A DNA stretch of 64,000 nucleotides from Kordiimonas sp. (GCA_963921265.3 OZ001196.2:1407441-1471440), one strand, 5' to 3'; shown: positions 1 to 9,904, numbered from the stretch's first letter. A program made the numbers and translations. The notes: a model not told the origin generated them from the sequence alone.

Positions 1-1
1 C

Positions 2-451
2 ATAAACATCGAAACCGACTTGTCGGCTGCAGACGTTGAAGGAATGGCGGACGAAGTGCACAACATTGCACAGGTCGGTGCTTCCATCGCCAGCGGGTCA
101 TTCAAAACACACGGTATGATTGTCGCTGCCTGTTCCATGAAAAACCTGTCGGCCATTGTGCACAGCCACGCAGACGACCTTCTGACGCGCGCCGCTGATG
201 TTGCCTTGAAAGAACGTCGCCGCTTGGTCCTGATGCCAAGGGAAACGCCGCTGCATGCGGGTCACTGCAAACTGATGATGGAAGCCAATCATCTGGGGGC
301 TGTTGTTGCCCCGCCCATGCCAGCCATGTACACAAAACCACAGTCCATCGATGACATCGTTAATCATACCGTAGGGCGGGTTCTGGATTTGTTTGATCTT
401 GAAACCGGACTGGTTGATCGCTGGCAAGGTCCAAGCGCAAATGGCAGCTAA
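2..451 (+). CDS. ubiX: Flavin prenyltransferase UbiX (C-terminal part; 5' end lies outside the window)
   Basis: The frame is open from position 2 to TAA at 449-451. The translation (GASIASGSFKTHGMIVAACSMKNLSAIVHS, LMPRETPLH, VVAPPMPAMY) fits the UbiX/Pad1 flavoprotein family. Confidence 0.85.
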   Translation: MNIETDLSAADVEGMADEVHNIAQVGASIASGSFKTHGMIVAACSMKNLSAIVHSHADDLLTRAADVALKERRRLVLMPRETPLHAGHCKLMMEANHLGAVVAPPMPAMYTKPQSIDDIVNHTVGRVLDLFDLETGLVDRWQGPSANGS

Positions 452-453
452 CT

Positions 454-1428
454 TTGATCAACTATAAAATTGACATTGAAACTTGGGATCTGAAGGTCCC
501 TTTTGTCATATCCCGGCGGCAATGCGATACCACAGAAGTATTAACCATCACACTTGAACATGGCGGTGCGATCGGCCGCGGAGAGGCCGCTGGCGTCAAC
601 TATAAAGGCGAAACAGCCGCGACCATGCGTGCAGAGCTGGAAGCCTTTTTGATGCAACACAAAGAGCCGCTTACTCGTGATCTGTTGATGGATATATTGC
701 CCGCCGGCGGCGCACGTAACGCATTGGACTGTGCTTTTTGGGACTTGATGGCCAAACGAACAGGCAAAAGCATATATGAGCTTACCGCCAGTTTAGCCGA
801 ACCGGTGACATCAGCGATTACGCTTAGCATCGACACGCCAGCCAACATGGCAACAAAGGCGGCGGAGACACCAAGCCCGGTGTTAAAGCTGAAGCTGGCC
901 GACAAAGGCGCATTGGAGTGCGTTGCGGCTGTTCATCAGGCGCGCCCGGACGCAGCCATTATTGTGGACGCAAATGAAGCGCTCACCATGGACATGCTTC
1001 GGGATCTTGCGCCAAAGCTAGCCGAGCTGAATGTTAAATTGATCGAACAGCCCCTGCCAAGCGGCAAAGATGACCTTTTGAAGGATTTCGAAAGCCCCGT
1101 ACCACTATGCGCGGACGAGAGCTGCATGGCAGCAGCAGATGTGCCGTATCTGCAAACTCTTTATGACGTAGTTAACATAAAACTCGACAAATGCGGTGGC
1201 CTGACGGCGGCAATTGATCTTGCAACGGCTGCCGAACTCCATGGCATGGATATGATGGTGGGTTGTATGTTAGGCACCTCTCTCGCCATGGCACCCGCTA
1301 TGGCAATTGCACCGCGATGCAAGTATGTTGACCTGGACGGACCAATGCTCCTTAAAAACGACCGTGAGAATGGATTGCGTGTTAAAGACGGCCTGATTGA
1401 GCCACCGTCCCCCCTCCTTTGGGGCTGA
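454..1428 (+). CDS. Enolase-superfamily dipeptide epimerase (L-Ala-D/L-Glu epimerase-like)
   Basis: 324 aa with a TTG start 3 nt after the ubiX stop. It has MLE-subgroup catalytic and metal motifs: LKLKL, IVDANEA, LIEQP, CADES, IKLDKCGG. Confidence 0.75.
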   Translation: MINYKIDIETWDLKVPFVISRRQCDTTEVLTITLEHGGAIGRGEAAGVNYKGETAATMRAELEAFLMQHKEPLTRDLLMDILPAGGARNALDCAFWDLMAKRTGKSIYELTASLAEPVTSAITLSIDTPANMATKAAETPSPVLKLKLADKGALECVAAVHQARPDAAIIVDANEALTMDMLRDLAPKLAELNVKLIEQPLPSGKDDLLKDFESPVPLCADESCMAAADVPYLQTLYDVVNIKLDKCGGLTAAIDLATAAELHGMDMMVGCMLGTSLAMAPAMAIAPRCKYVDLDGPMLLKNDRENGLRVKDGLIEPPSPLLWG

Positions 1429-1534
1429 GGGATCACATATATTTGGTTACAAATGAAACGATTTGGCTTGCGCGCATAGTCTCCATCGGGCAATAGAGCC
1501 ATAGTATTTTGCGCTTCAAGCATGGGTTTCCGAC

Positions 1535-2563
1535 ATGAAAGCACTCGTTAAACAAGAAGCAGATGTTGGCCTTTGGCTGCAGGATGTGCCAGAGCCTGAA
1601 GTAGGCATCAATGATGTCCTCATCAAAGTGAAACGCACCGCCATTTGTGGCACCGACATGCACATCTACAACTGGGATGAGTGGGCGCAAAAAACCATTC
1701 CTGTACCCATGGTGGTTGGCCACGAATTTGTTGGCGAAATTGTCGACGTTGGCAGCAACGTCAATGATTTCCATCCTGGGCAAATTGTCTCAGGCGAAGG
1801 TCATGTTGTATGCGGTCGTTGCCGCAACTGTTTAGCGGGACGCAGGCATTTGTGTGCTTTTACCAGCGGTGTTGGTGTGAACCGACCAGGTGCCTTTGCC
1901 GAATATGTTTCATTGCCGATGTCAAACGTCTGGGAACACAAAAACGGTATCGATCTAGACATAGCTTCCTTGTTTGACCCTCTTGGCAACGCCGTCCATA
2001 CCGCCCTTCAGTGGGATTTACTGGGCGAAGACGTGTTGATAACGGGCGCCGGCCCAATTGGTGCCATGGCGGCTGCCGTCTGCAGGCATGCAGGTGCGCG
2101 CCATGTGGTGATTACGGACGTTATCCCCGAGCGCCTGGAGCTTGCAAAAAAACTGGGGGCAACGCGTGCTGTAAATGTGCGCAATGAAAAGCTAACAGAT
2201 GTTCAAGCTGAGCTTGGCATGAGTGAAGGCTTCGATGTCGGGCTGGAGATGTCCGGCAACAGCATGGCGTTCAATGATCTCATTGAAAATATGTGCCATG
2301 GCGGCAAGGTCTCCATCCTTGGCATTCCGGCACAGGGTGCGGACATCAATTGGGAAACCGTTATTTTCAACATGCTCACGCTCAAAGGCATCTATGGTCG
2401 GGAAATGTATGAGACGTGGTACAAAATGTCTGTGATGATCGAAAACGGGCTGGATATCATGCCAGTGATTACTCACCGCCTGCCATACAGTGAGTTTCAA
2501 CAGGGCTTTGATCTGATGAACGCGGGTAACGCCAGCAAAGTTGTGCTGAATTGGGAAGCATAA
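1535..2563 (+). CDS. tdh: L-threonine 3-dehydrogenase
   Basis: 342 aa zinc-dependent alcohol dehydrogenase fold ([28 protein letters not shown]). It is paired with kbl immediately downstream. Confidence 0.9.
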   Translation: MKALVKQEADVGLWLQDVPEPEVGINDVLIKVKRTAICGTDMHIYNWDEWAQKTIPVPMVVGHEFVGEIVDVGSNVNDFHPGQIVSGEGHVVCGRCRNCLAGRRHLCAFTSGVGVNRPGAFAEYVSLPMSNVWEHKNGIDLDIASLFDPLGNAVHTALQWDLLGEDVLITGAGPIGAMAAAVCRHAGARHVVITDVIPERLELAKKLGATRAVNVRNEKLTDVQAELGMSEGFDVGLEMSGNSMAFNDLIENMCHGGKVSILGIPAQGADINWETVIFNMLTLKGIYGREMYETWYKMSVMIENGLDIMPVITHRLPYSEFQQGFDLMNAGNASKVVLNWEA

Positions 2564-2572
2564 GGACACGCT

Positions 2573-3763
2573 ATGTACGGAAACTTCAAAAACCATTTGG
2601 CTGGTGAAATCAGCGGCATCCACGAAGCGGGCCTTTATAAGAACGAACGCCAGATTACCACACCGCAGGGTGCGAGTGTCGGCATTTCGGACGGCGCGCA
2701 AGTGATCAATCTTTGCGCTAACAACTATCTTGGCCTTGCACAGCACCCGGACGTGAATGCAGCCGCCATGCAGGGTCTCAAAGACTGGGGCTACGGTATG
2801 GCAAGCGTGCGCTTCATTTGCGGCACACAAACACTGCACAAACAGCTTGAAGATGTTTTAAGCGATTTTCTGGGCGCCGAAGATACTATCCTTTACCCAA
2901 GCTGCTTTGACGCCAATGGCGGCCTGTTTGAAACCATTTTGGGTCCTGAAGATGCCGTTATTTCTGATGAGCTCAACCACGCCAGCATCATCGATGGTGT
3001 GCGTCTGTCGAAAGCCATGCGCTACCGCTATAAAAACAACAACATGGACGACCTTGAGGCCAAGCTGAAAGAAGCAGACGCAGCCGGCGCGCGCTACAAA
3101 CTGATCACCACCGACGGCGTGTTCTCGATGGACGGCTATATCGCACAACTCGATAAAATCTGCGATTTGGCAGACCAATACGGCGCGCTGGTTCATTTTG
3201 ATGACTGCCACGCAACCGGGTTTGTCGGCACAGGCGGTAAAGGCACACACGAGCATTGCGGCGTGATTGACCGGGTCGACATTATCACCGGTACGCTTGG
3301 CAAAGCGCTCGGTGGAGCATCTGGTGGCTACACAAGCGGTCGCAAGGAAATTGTTGAACTGTTGCGCCAACGCTCGCGTCCTTACCTCTTTTCCAACACG
3401 GTTGCGCCGCCTGTTGTGGCGGGCGCGATCAAAGCGATTGAACTGGTAACGCAGTCAAACGACCTGCGCGAACAGCTGGCAGACAACACAGGCTATTTTC
3501 GAAGCGGCATGGAAGCGCTTGGCTTTGACCTTCTGCCGGGTGAGCACCCAATTGTGCCTGTCATGTTATATGACGCAGCGACAGCGGCCAAGTTTGCGGA
3601 TGAGATGCTGAAACGCGGTATTTATGTGGTCGCGTTTTCGTACCCCGTGGTACCAAATGGCAAAGCGCGCATCAGGACGCAAATGTCGGCAGCCCTCACG
3701 CGCGCTGACCTTGACAAAGCGATCAGCGCCTTCGGCGACGTGAAGCAGTTACTTGGCTTATAA
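2573..3763 (+). CDS. kbl: Glycine C-acetyltransferase (2-amino-3-ketobutyrate CoA ligase)
   Basis: 396 aa alpha-oxoamine synthase family. Contains [17 protein letters not shown] and the PLP-lysine context [10 protein letters not shown]. tdh-kbl operon arrangement. Confidence 0.9.
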   Translation: MYGNFKNHLAGEISGIHEAGLYKNERQITTPQGASVGISDGAQVINLCANNYLGLAQHPDVNAAAMQGLKDWGYGMASVRFICGTQTLHKQLEDVLSDFLGAEDTILYPSCFDANGGLFETILGPEDAVISDELNHASIIDGVRLSKAMRYRYKNNNMDDLEAKLKEADAAGARYKLITTDGVFSMDGYIAQLDKICDLADQYGALVHFDDCHATGFVGTGGKGTHEHCGVIDRVDIITGTLGKALGGASGGYTSGRKEIVELLRQRSRPYLFSNTVAPPVVAGAIKAIELVTQSNDLREQLADNTGYFRSGMEALGFDLLPGEHPIVPVMLYDAATAAKFADEMLKRGIYVVAFSYPVVPNGKARIRTQMSAALTRADLDKAISAFGDVKQLLGL

Positions 3764-4388
3764 GCCGGGTGGTAAACGTTATACTTCGGACCAATAACGC
3801 TGCCAGCAATGACAGTATGCCAACTGCCAAAAGCCCTTCGGGAAGATGAACGGCCTGAACAATCATGCGTTCATTGTGCTTTATCGCTGCCCATTTGTGT
3901 TCGGATGCCAGGGCAAATTCATTGGTGGCAAACAAGTTAGCGAGGTCGCGGCGACTGCGATATCGCACAATAACCACTCTGTCCCAACCGGACGCGCCAG
4001 GGTCTGACCAGTTGCTGCCAAATATAGGGTGGGAAGCGCGTGCAGCCAATAGCTTGACCATAACTGCGCTAAACCGGCTGTAAGCTTCTTCGCCGGAGCC
4101 CGCGAAATCAGACCCGGTGACATAGGCTGCACGGTCATGAAATTTGTACAGGTTGACGGTGTATAATGCTGCGCCGTCGTCTTCCATGAGCAGTTGTCTG
4201 AGCGCCTGGGTGTCGTGCCGGACGGAATACTGCTCCATTTGCCGCTGATAGGTCTCCATATAAGCGTCAACTTCTTCGGCGCTCAGTGGCGCCTCTGTTG
4301 GTAAATACCACACCGTAGTGGCAAGAAAAAAAATGACCCCGGCAATCAATCCCGGTCGCCCGACGACAAACTCTTTTAGCAACCTCAT
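3723..4388 (-). CDS. Hypothetical membrane-anchored protein (N- and C-terminal hydrophobic segments)
   Basis: The start is taken as ATG 4388 ([25 protein letters not shown]). The ORF-track start at 4448 lies inside an operator palindrome. The 3' end overlaps the kbl 3' end by 41 nt. I did not recognise a family with confidence. Confidence 0.45.
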   Translation of the reverse strand: MRLLKEFVVGRPGLIAGVIFFLATTVWYLPTEAPLSAEEVDAYMETYQRQMEQYSVRHDTQALRQLLMEDDGAALYTVNLYKFHDRAAYVTGSDFAGSGEEAYSRFSAVMVKLLAARASHPIFGSNWSDPGASGWDRVVIVRYRSRRDLANLFATNEFALASEHKWAAIKHNERMIVQAVHLPEGLLAVGILSLLAALLVRSITFTTRLISQVTASRRRRR

Positions 4389-4406
4389 AACCTCACCCAA
4401 TTCATC

Positions 4407-4458
4407 CACTTGCGTTTTGCAAGTGAATAGTGACTCCGCAACTTGCATTTTGCAAGTG
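4407..4458. promoter_or_regulatory. Two tandem inverted repeats (putative HxlR-family operator) in a divergent promoter
   Basis: CACTTGC-GTTTT-GCAAGTG at 4407-4425 is perfect. AACTTGC-ATTTT-GCAAGTG at 4440-4458 matches 6 of 7. The centres are 33 bp apart, between divergent starts at 4388 (-) and 4475 (+). Confidence 0.5.
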
Positions 4459-4474
4459 GAAACGCCTATAAGGG

Positions 4475-4897
4475 GTGATGACCAATACTTCAGAGCACTT
4501 AAGATCTAACTGCCCGATTAATTTTCTCCTCGAAACTGTCGGGGACAAATGGTCCCTTCTGATCATCCGCGATATCATGTTCAAGGGCAAAAGGACATTC
4601 GGGGAGCTTCTCTCTTCCGCAGAAGGAATTGCCACCAATATCCTCTCGCAAAGACTGAAGCACCTTGAGGAATGCCGTGTGATCGAAAAGTCGATTGATC
4701 CAAAGAATAGGTCTAAGCGCCTCTATACTTTGACAGAAAAAGGCCGAGGCCTTTTGCCGCTCATGCTCGACATCACCGCATGGAGCGCGGAACACGACAC
4801 TCAGACCAATACGCCACCAGAATTTGTCCAGCGCTTGGCGAATGACCGAGAGGCAGTAATTGAAGAGTTCAACACCCTTCTCAAACAAGACACCTGA
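4475..4897 (+). CDS. HxlR-family winged-helix transcriptional regulator
   Basis: 140 aa. CPINFLLETVGDKWSLLIIRDI...FGEL...GIATNILSQRLKHLEE..V is the typical HxlR/DUF24 pattern. Start is GTG 4475 or ATG 4478. Confidence 0.85.
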   Translation: MMTNTSEHLRSNCPINFLLETVGDKWSLLIIRDIMFKGKRTFGELLSSAEGIATNILSQRLKHLEECRVIEKSIDPKNRSKRLYTLTEKGRGLLPLMLDITAWSAEHDTQTNTPPEFVQRLANDREAVIEEFNTLLKQDT

Positions 4898-5006
4898 GTT
4901 ATTTTCTGGACTGTGTGGTCTTGTGGTCTAATTTCCTTTGGCATGAGTTTCTGCCCCTGCGTGCCAATTGGGTGCGCATTCGGGCTCACTAAGGAGAGAG
5001 AGCGAC

Positions 5007-5966
5007 ATGGCCCTGCCAGAACAGCTTCAGAATTTGCGTATTCCGGTGATCGGTTCACCGCTTTTTATTATTTCAAACCCGGACATTGTCATTGAACAGT
5101 GCAAAGCAGGCATCGTGGGTTCTTTCCCTGCACTGAACGCACGCCCCGGCCCCGTGCTTGAGGAATGGCTTCAGCGCATCACAGAAGAACTGGATGCCTA
5201 CAACCAGGCGAACCCGGACAAGCCAGCAGCGCCGTTTGCCGTAAACCAGATTGTGCATCGCTCCAATGACCGGCTGCAGCATGATGTGGACATGTGCGTT
5301 AAGTACAAAGTGCCTATCATCATCACTTCGCTTGGTGCACGTGTTGAGGTGAATGAGGCAATCCACTCCTATGGTGGCATTGTTCTTCATGACATCATCA
5401 ACAACAAGTTTGCTAAGAAAGCGGTTGAAAAAGGCGCCGACGGCCTGATCGCTGTAGCAGCTGGTGCGGGTGGCCACGCGGGCACTACGTCACCATTTGC
5501 CCTCATCCAGGAAATTCGCCAGTGGTTTGACGGCCCAATCGCCCTTTCAGGCTCAATCGCGACAGGCGACGCAGTGCTTGCCGCCGAAGCCATGGGCGCC
5601 GACTTTGGCTATATCGGTTCCGCGTTTATCGCTACCAAAGAAGCCAACGCCGACGAGCGCTACAAACAGTCCATCGTTGACTATGCAGCGGACGACATTG
5701 TCTATACCAACCTGTTCACAGGTGTGCATGGCAACTATCTGAAACCATCAATTATTGACGCTGGTATGGACCCCGACAATCTACCTGAAAGCGACCCATC
5801 GAAAATGAGCTTTGGCTCCGGGGGCAGTGAAAAATCAAAGGCATGGAAAGACATTTGGGGCTGTGGCCAGGGCATCGGTGCGATCGACAAAGTGCAAACT
5901 ACTGCAGAGTTTGTTGATCAGCTTGCAGAACAGTATTTTGCAGCCAAAAAACGTATCGCTGCCTAA
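5007..5966 (+). CDS. Nitronate monooxygenase / 2-nitropropane dioxygenase family FMN oxidoreductase
   Basis: ATG 5007 is preceded by AAGGAGAGAGAG. NMO-like motifs present: PVIGSPLF, GIVGSFP, AAGAGGHAG, GADFGYIGSAF. Confidence 0.8.
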   Translation: MALPEQLQNLRIPVIGSPLFIISNPDIVIEQCKAGIVGSFPALNARPGPVLEEWLQRITEELDAYNQANPDKPAAPFAVNQIVHRSNDRLQHDVDMCVKYKVPIIITSLGARVEVNEAIHSYGGIVLHDIINNKFAKKAVEKGADGLIAVAAGAGGHAGTTSPFALIQEIRQWFDGPIALSGSIATGDAVLAAEAMGADFGYIGSAFIATKEANADERYKQSIVDYAADDIVYTNLFTGVHGNYLKPSIIDAGMDPDNLPESDPSKMSFGSGGSEKSKAWKDIWGCGQGIGAIDKVQTTAEFVDQLAEQYFAAKKRIAA

Positions 5967-5979
5967 TTCAACCCATTTC

Positions 5980-6019
5980 AAAAAAAGGGATATTGCATAA
6001 CCGCAATGTCCCTTTTTTT
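5980..6019. terminator. Bidirectional rho-independent terminator
   Basis: A7 run, then stem GGGATATTGC (5987-5996) pairing with GCAATGTCCC (6003-6012) in 10 bp with one G-U, then a T7 run. It sits between convergent genes. Confidence 0.65.
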
Positions 6020-6057
6020 GTCTCTGAAGCCATGCCGAAAAGCTTACAGGGTAAGCA

Positions 6058-6846
6058 TTAGCTCTCGCCAAGGGCGCCAAGGGCATTCAGGTAATTCAAC
6101 AAGGCTTGCGCATTCGGGAAGCGCTGCCTCTCCAGCTTGCGCAGATTGTTCATGACTGCGTGAGCGTCAGGAACAAATGACGGATCAACATCATAAATGC
6201 GGAACAAGCCCGTAGGAAAAGCTGGGACAAACTCGAACTTGTAGGGGGCACCCTCATCACAAAAAGCACCGGCTGCTTTCCAAACGTCACCCGTCCAAAA
6301 ACGGGTGTTTTGCTCAGGAGTTGCAATCGACATTGCAATTGGCATGACATCATGCACCAGGATTTCGCCACCTTCTGCCAACACACGGAAGGCGTTGAAG
6401 ATGTCTTTCGTTGCCTGCTTGGCCACATGCAGGCCATCTACAAAAACCATATCAAATGACTTTGCGAACTGACCTGAATACTCAAAGAAGAAATCATCAC
6501 TGGTCACACTGTGAATGGTATGATCAGCCCGGATTGGTCTACGAATAGCCGGTTCCGGGTCCACTGCAATCGCCTCACAGTCTGCTGTTGCCAATGCGAG
6601 TGCATCGCCCCACCGCACACCAATTTCCAGGTACTTTTGCACTGGTTTGTTTTCGTGTTTGTTAGTCAAATAATCCTGATAGTCCAGATCGGGAAACTTC
6701 TTTTTCGCCAGTTCCTCGTGGATTATGTAGAGCTTTGACGCAAGATCGTTTGTATGGCCGCTAGCACCATACTGCCGGATAAAGCCAGCTTCAATGGCCG
6801 CTAGCTGTTCGAACGAAGCGTCGTTCACATTTATCGTTTTTTCCAT
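6058..6846 (-). CDS. Class I SAM-dependent methyltransferase-like protein
   Basis: Motif I-like YLEIGVRWGDA and post-I/II elements (AIAVDPEP, FDMVFVDGLH, LAEGGEILVHD). Start is ATG 6846, or alternatively ATG 6927. Confidence 0.6.
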   Translation of the reverse strand: MEKTINVNDASFEQLAAIEAGFIRQYGASGHTNDLASKLYIIHEELAKKKFPDLDYQDYLTNKHENKPVQKYLEIGVRWGDALALATADCEAIAVDPEPAIRRPIRADHTIHSVTSDDFFFEYSGQFAKSFDMVFVDGLHVAKQATKDIFNAFRVLAEGGEILVHDVMPIAMSIATPEQNTRFWTGDVWKAAGAFCDEGAPYKFEFVPAFPTGLFRIYDVDPSFVPDAHAVMNNLRKLERQRFPNAQALLNYLNALGALGES

Positions 6847-6961
6847 GGGTTCCCAACATACTTGCACGGGCGAAATACGCGCCCTTTCCAGGCGCTGGCG
6901 CCGTATATTCCGCCCTTTTAGCGACATTCTGCCGATCAGGAAAGAGACGAGTTAAAAATTG

Positions 6962-7903
6962 TTAGCTGGTGACAATCTCTTGCGGGTCTTCATTCACCTT
7001 GAGCGTAAATATGTCCGGGCGCGCATAATGTCTTACAACATCCATGTCGTATTTGCCGCGGATGATCTCCGACTTATCCAGCTCTGCACACAGGATTGTT
7101 TCTTCGCCAAATACGGGCTCCGCAAGCACTTGTCCAAGCGGTGAGATGATGCAGCTGCCGCCTCTTATCAGTATAGTGTCAGGTGCTTCGCCCTGTATCG
7201 GGTTAAAGTCATGGGGGCCATTGCCACGCGTCATAAATTGACAGGCAGTCAGTACAAAACACCGACCCTCAAGCGCGACGGTTTGCATGGTAGGCAGCCA
7301 CACATCCCGGTCATCAACAGTTGGCGCGCAGTAAAACTCCACACCCTTCTGGTACATGGCGAGCCTGAGCTGAGGCATATAGTTTTCCCAACAGATGGCG
7401 CCGCCAAGCGTGCCAATGTCGGTCTTTGGAGCCACCAGTGTTGAACCGTCGCCAAAGCCCCACACCACCCTTTCCAAGGCGGTTGGCATTAGCTTTCGGT
7501 GTTTTCCTAGCAAATGACCGTTGGAAGAAAAGTAGAGCGCAGTGCAGTAAAGCGTGCCGCCACTGCGTTCGATAACACCCACCACCAGATTGGTGTTGTT
7601 CTTCGAGGCCACTTCGCCAATCGCTTCCACCTCCGGGCCGGGAACGTCAATTGCACTTTCATAATAACGGCGAAAATCATCGCGGCCTTCGTCAGAACGA
7701 GACCCCAACCGAACACCGAAATCGATACCCTTGGGGTAACCGCCCACAAAGGCTTCCGGGAACACAACAAGGTTTGCTTTCTCTGAAGCGGCTTTCGCTG
7801 TCCAGTCGCCCAGTTTTTCTATCGTTTTCGGTGTATCAAAAAGCGGCGTGCCAACCTGCACAACCGCCCCAACCAACTTGCTCAAGATACGCTCCCCCTC
7901 CAT
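6962..7903 (-). CDS. Nitrilase (CN-hydrolase superfamily, true-nitrilase branch)
   Basis: 313 aa. The Glu-Lys-Cys triad contexts are all present: VVFPEAFVGGYP, KHRKLMPT, GGAICWENYMP. Confidence 0.85.
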   Translation of the reverse strand: MEGERILSKLVGAVVQVGTPLFDTPKTIEKLGDWTAKAASEKANLVVFPEAFVGGYPKGIDFGVRLGSRSDEGRDDFRRYYESAIDVPGPEVEAIGEVASKNNTNLVVGVIERSGGTLYCTALYFSSNGHLLGKHRKLMPTALERVVWGFGDGSTLVAPKTDIGTLGGAICWENYMPQLRLAMYQKGVEFYCAPTVDDRDVWLPTMQTVALEGRCFVLTACQFMTRGNGPHDFNPIQGEAPDTILIRGGSCIISPLGQVLAEPVFGEETILCAELDKSEIIRGKYDMDVVRHYARPDIFTLKVNEDPQEIVTS

Positions 7904-8042
7904 AAGCTCGTCAAATTATGGACAGTTATGCACAAAATCAACAGCACATAAACATCCACTATTGCTTGATCTATACTTGAGCGGCACAGCAGATTGATCT
8001 AATCACTGTTTTTTTATGCAAGGCACTGTTGATTAATAAAAG

Positions 8043-9683
8043 ATGTCCGACCCGGTAACCTACGACAATGCGATTTGCCTGCCCTGTGTGGGGTGTGAGG
8101 ATAAACCACTGTTCCCTCATGCTGATGGCGGTGTTTTTGACGCTGACAAGAAACCGATACGGGATGCGTTTCTGGTCAGATATTATCGTCAAGACCCGAT
8201 GCTCGTTGATGGCAAATGGGACAGGTCAACCGGCCAAAAGTTAAAACAGCACAACCTCATCCGCCCTGGAACCATAAACGGAAAAGCAAAGCGCCTTTCT
8301 GGCACTTACATTTTTGCCGGCTATCTGTTCCCTCATTTTGGGCATTTCCTGTTGGAAAGTTTGACGAACCTCTGGTTTTTCAAACAACATCCCGAGACGC
8401 CGATCATCTGGCTTGGCGTGCACAACCAGCCTGACCTGGACCCGATCGCAAAACAGTTTATCGAGCTCTACAGCATCGAAAACCCGGTCCACATCCTGAC
8501 TGACGAGACAGTTGTGGAACGACTTGTTGTCCCCACGCCCGGCTACATTATTCATACGAGATACACCAAAGAGCAGCAAAAAGCGCTGCAAATGGTTGAG
8601 GCGCCCGACCCAAAACCCGGCAAGAAAGTCTGGTTATCCCGCAGCAAATTGAAAGAAGGCACCATCTCCAACGAGGTCCTTCTGGAGAAGGTCCTCGATA
8701 AAGAAGGCTGGATCATTTTCCATCCGCAGGACCACCCCATTCCTGCCCAACTGGACATGCTGAAGGATGCCGAAGTTGTCTCTGGCATTGAAGGGTCTGC
8801 CTTTCATTCGCTGATGCTAATTCCAGACTTTAAAGGCAAAATCAAAATCGTAGCGCGGAGGCGTAATGTTGAGTTTGATTTTGTCGCCATTGCCGAAGAC
8901 CTGGGGTGGGATCAGGACGTAATTTATGCTGGATCACGGGTCTGGTCCCATGGTCTGCCGCATTGGGGGTATAATACTTTCTGGAACTCTCTGGACCCGA
9001 TATTTGATGCACTTGGGGTCAGTAGGCCGGGCGAGCCTGCCACAGCGCCGTCTGACAGCTTAACCAAAATCAGCCTTGCCATTACCAGCCGCCTAAAAAG
9101 AAATGCCGCCCTGGAATTTTGGGCACGCAAAAATACTATTGGCGCAGAAATTGTCGATTGCGAGACCCTGATTGTCTCGCCCCACATCGAATTTAACACC
9201 AAAAACCTGCGACAGGGCGTTCTCCCTCTGGATATAACACCCGATCAACTGTTTACCTCCTCGCTTTTGAATACTTGCCCAAATTTCATATGCTTCCGTC
9301 ATCATGACAATGAACAGGACTTGGTGCGTGCTTTTAACACCAGCATAGAGGTTGCGCCGGCGGAGACGATCTGGGCCATCGAATATTACGCAGACGAACG
9401 TACCCGCAGCGAAATCAACATCGTAAATGATGATGAAAGACTGGAATCCGCCAACACGCGCTTGATACATTACATCATCAACTGTTTTCCGATGCTGTCA
9501 GTTGCCCGAGTGCTCGGCTCCAACGTTGCCATTGTATGGCGTCAGCCAAAACAGATGTTCTATCCAAGCCTGGCGTCTTTTTCCGATCTTGCAACGCACG
9601 AGCAATTCGAGCGAGCCCCCGTTTTGACACTGAGCGAGATTGCAACCTTGTTCAGCAACCCGGACAAGCACAGGCCGACTTGA
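8043..9683 (+). CDS. Glycosyltransferase family 61 / DUF563-like protein with a ~200-aa C-terminal extension of unknown function
   Basis: 546 aa. The N-terminal half carries GT61/DUF563-type motifs (GYLFPHFGHFLLESLTNLW, KVWLSRS, GIEGSAFHSL). I did not recognise the C-terminal half. Confidence 0.6.
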   Translation: MSDPVTYDNAICLPCVGCEDKPLFPHADGGVFDADKKPIRDAFLVRYYRQDPMLVDGKWDRSTGQKLKQHNLIRPGTINGKAKRLSGTYIFAGYLFPHFGHFLLESLTNLWFFKQHPETPIIWLGVHNQPDLDPIAKQFIELYSIENPVHILTDETVVERLVVPTPGYIIHTRYTKEQQKALQMVEAPDPKPGKKVWLSRSKLKEGTISNEVLLEKVLDKEGWIIFHPQDHPIPAQLDMLKDAEVVSGIEGSAFHSLMLIPDFKGKIKIVARRRNVEFDFVAIAEDLGWDQDVIYAGSRVWSHGLPHWGYNTFWNSLDPIFDALGVSRPGEPATAPSDSLTKISLAITSRLKRNAALEFWARKNTIGAEIVDCETLIVSPHIEFNTKNLRQGVLPLDITPDQLFTSSLLNTCPNFICFRHHDNEQDLVRAFNTSIEVAPAETIWAIEYYADERTRSEINIVNDDERLESANTRLIHYIINCFPMLSVARVLGSNVAIVWRQPKQMFYPSLASFSDLATHEQFERAPVLTLSEIATLFSNPDKHRPT

Positions 9684-9731
9684 AGGTATTTTCTCTGGGA
9701 CCAAGTCCTTTCTGGCGAAACTTCAATAATG

Positions 9732-9759
9732 TTGACACGTCACGCTAAATCCGTATAGT
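9732..9759 (+). promoter_or_regulatory. Sigma-70-type promoter of rplU-rpmA
   Basis: TTGACA (9732-9737), a 16-nt spacer, then TATAGT (9754-9759). This leaves a leader of about 140 nt before ATG 9905. Confidence 0.55.
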
Positions 9760-9904
9760 CCGCGCGATTAACGGCAAAACATATGTTTGGCCGACATACA
9801 TACTATTGAAAAATAGTCAGCGGAAACCGCCCAAAGTGTGGGATTTTTCAAAGGGTTAAGCCCCACCCGGTTTGCTGCGGCACAAAAAGCAGAAAGGAAC
9901 TGTG

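Noticed and set aside
6058-9683. I considered calling the methyltransferase-nitrilase-GT61 segment a mobile genomic island.
   Set aside because: I could not see an integrase, transposase, flanking tRNA or flanking direct repeats. It is reported only as an accessory-looking islet.
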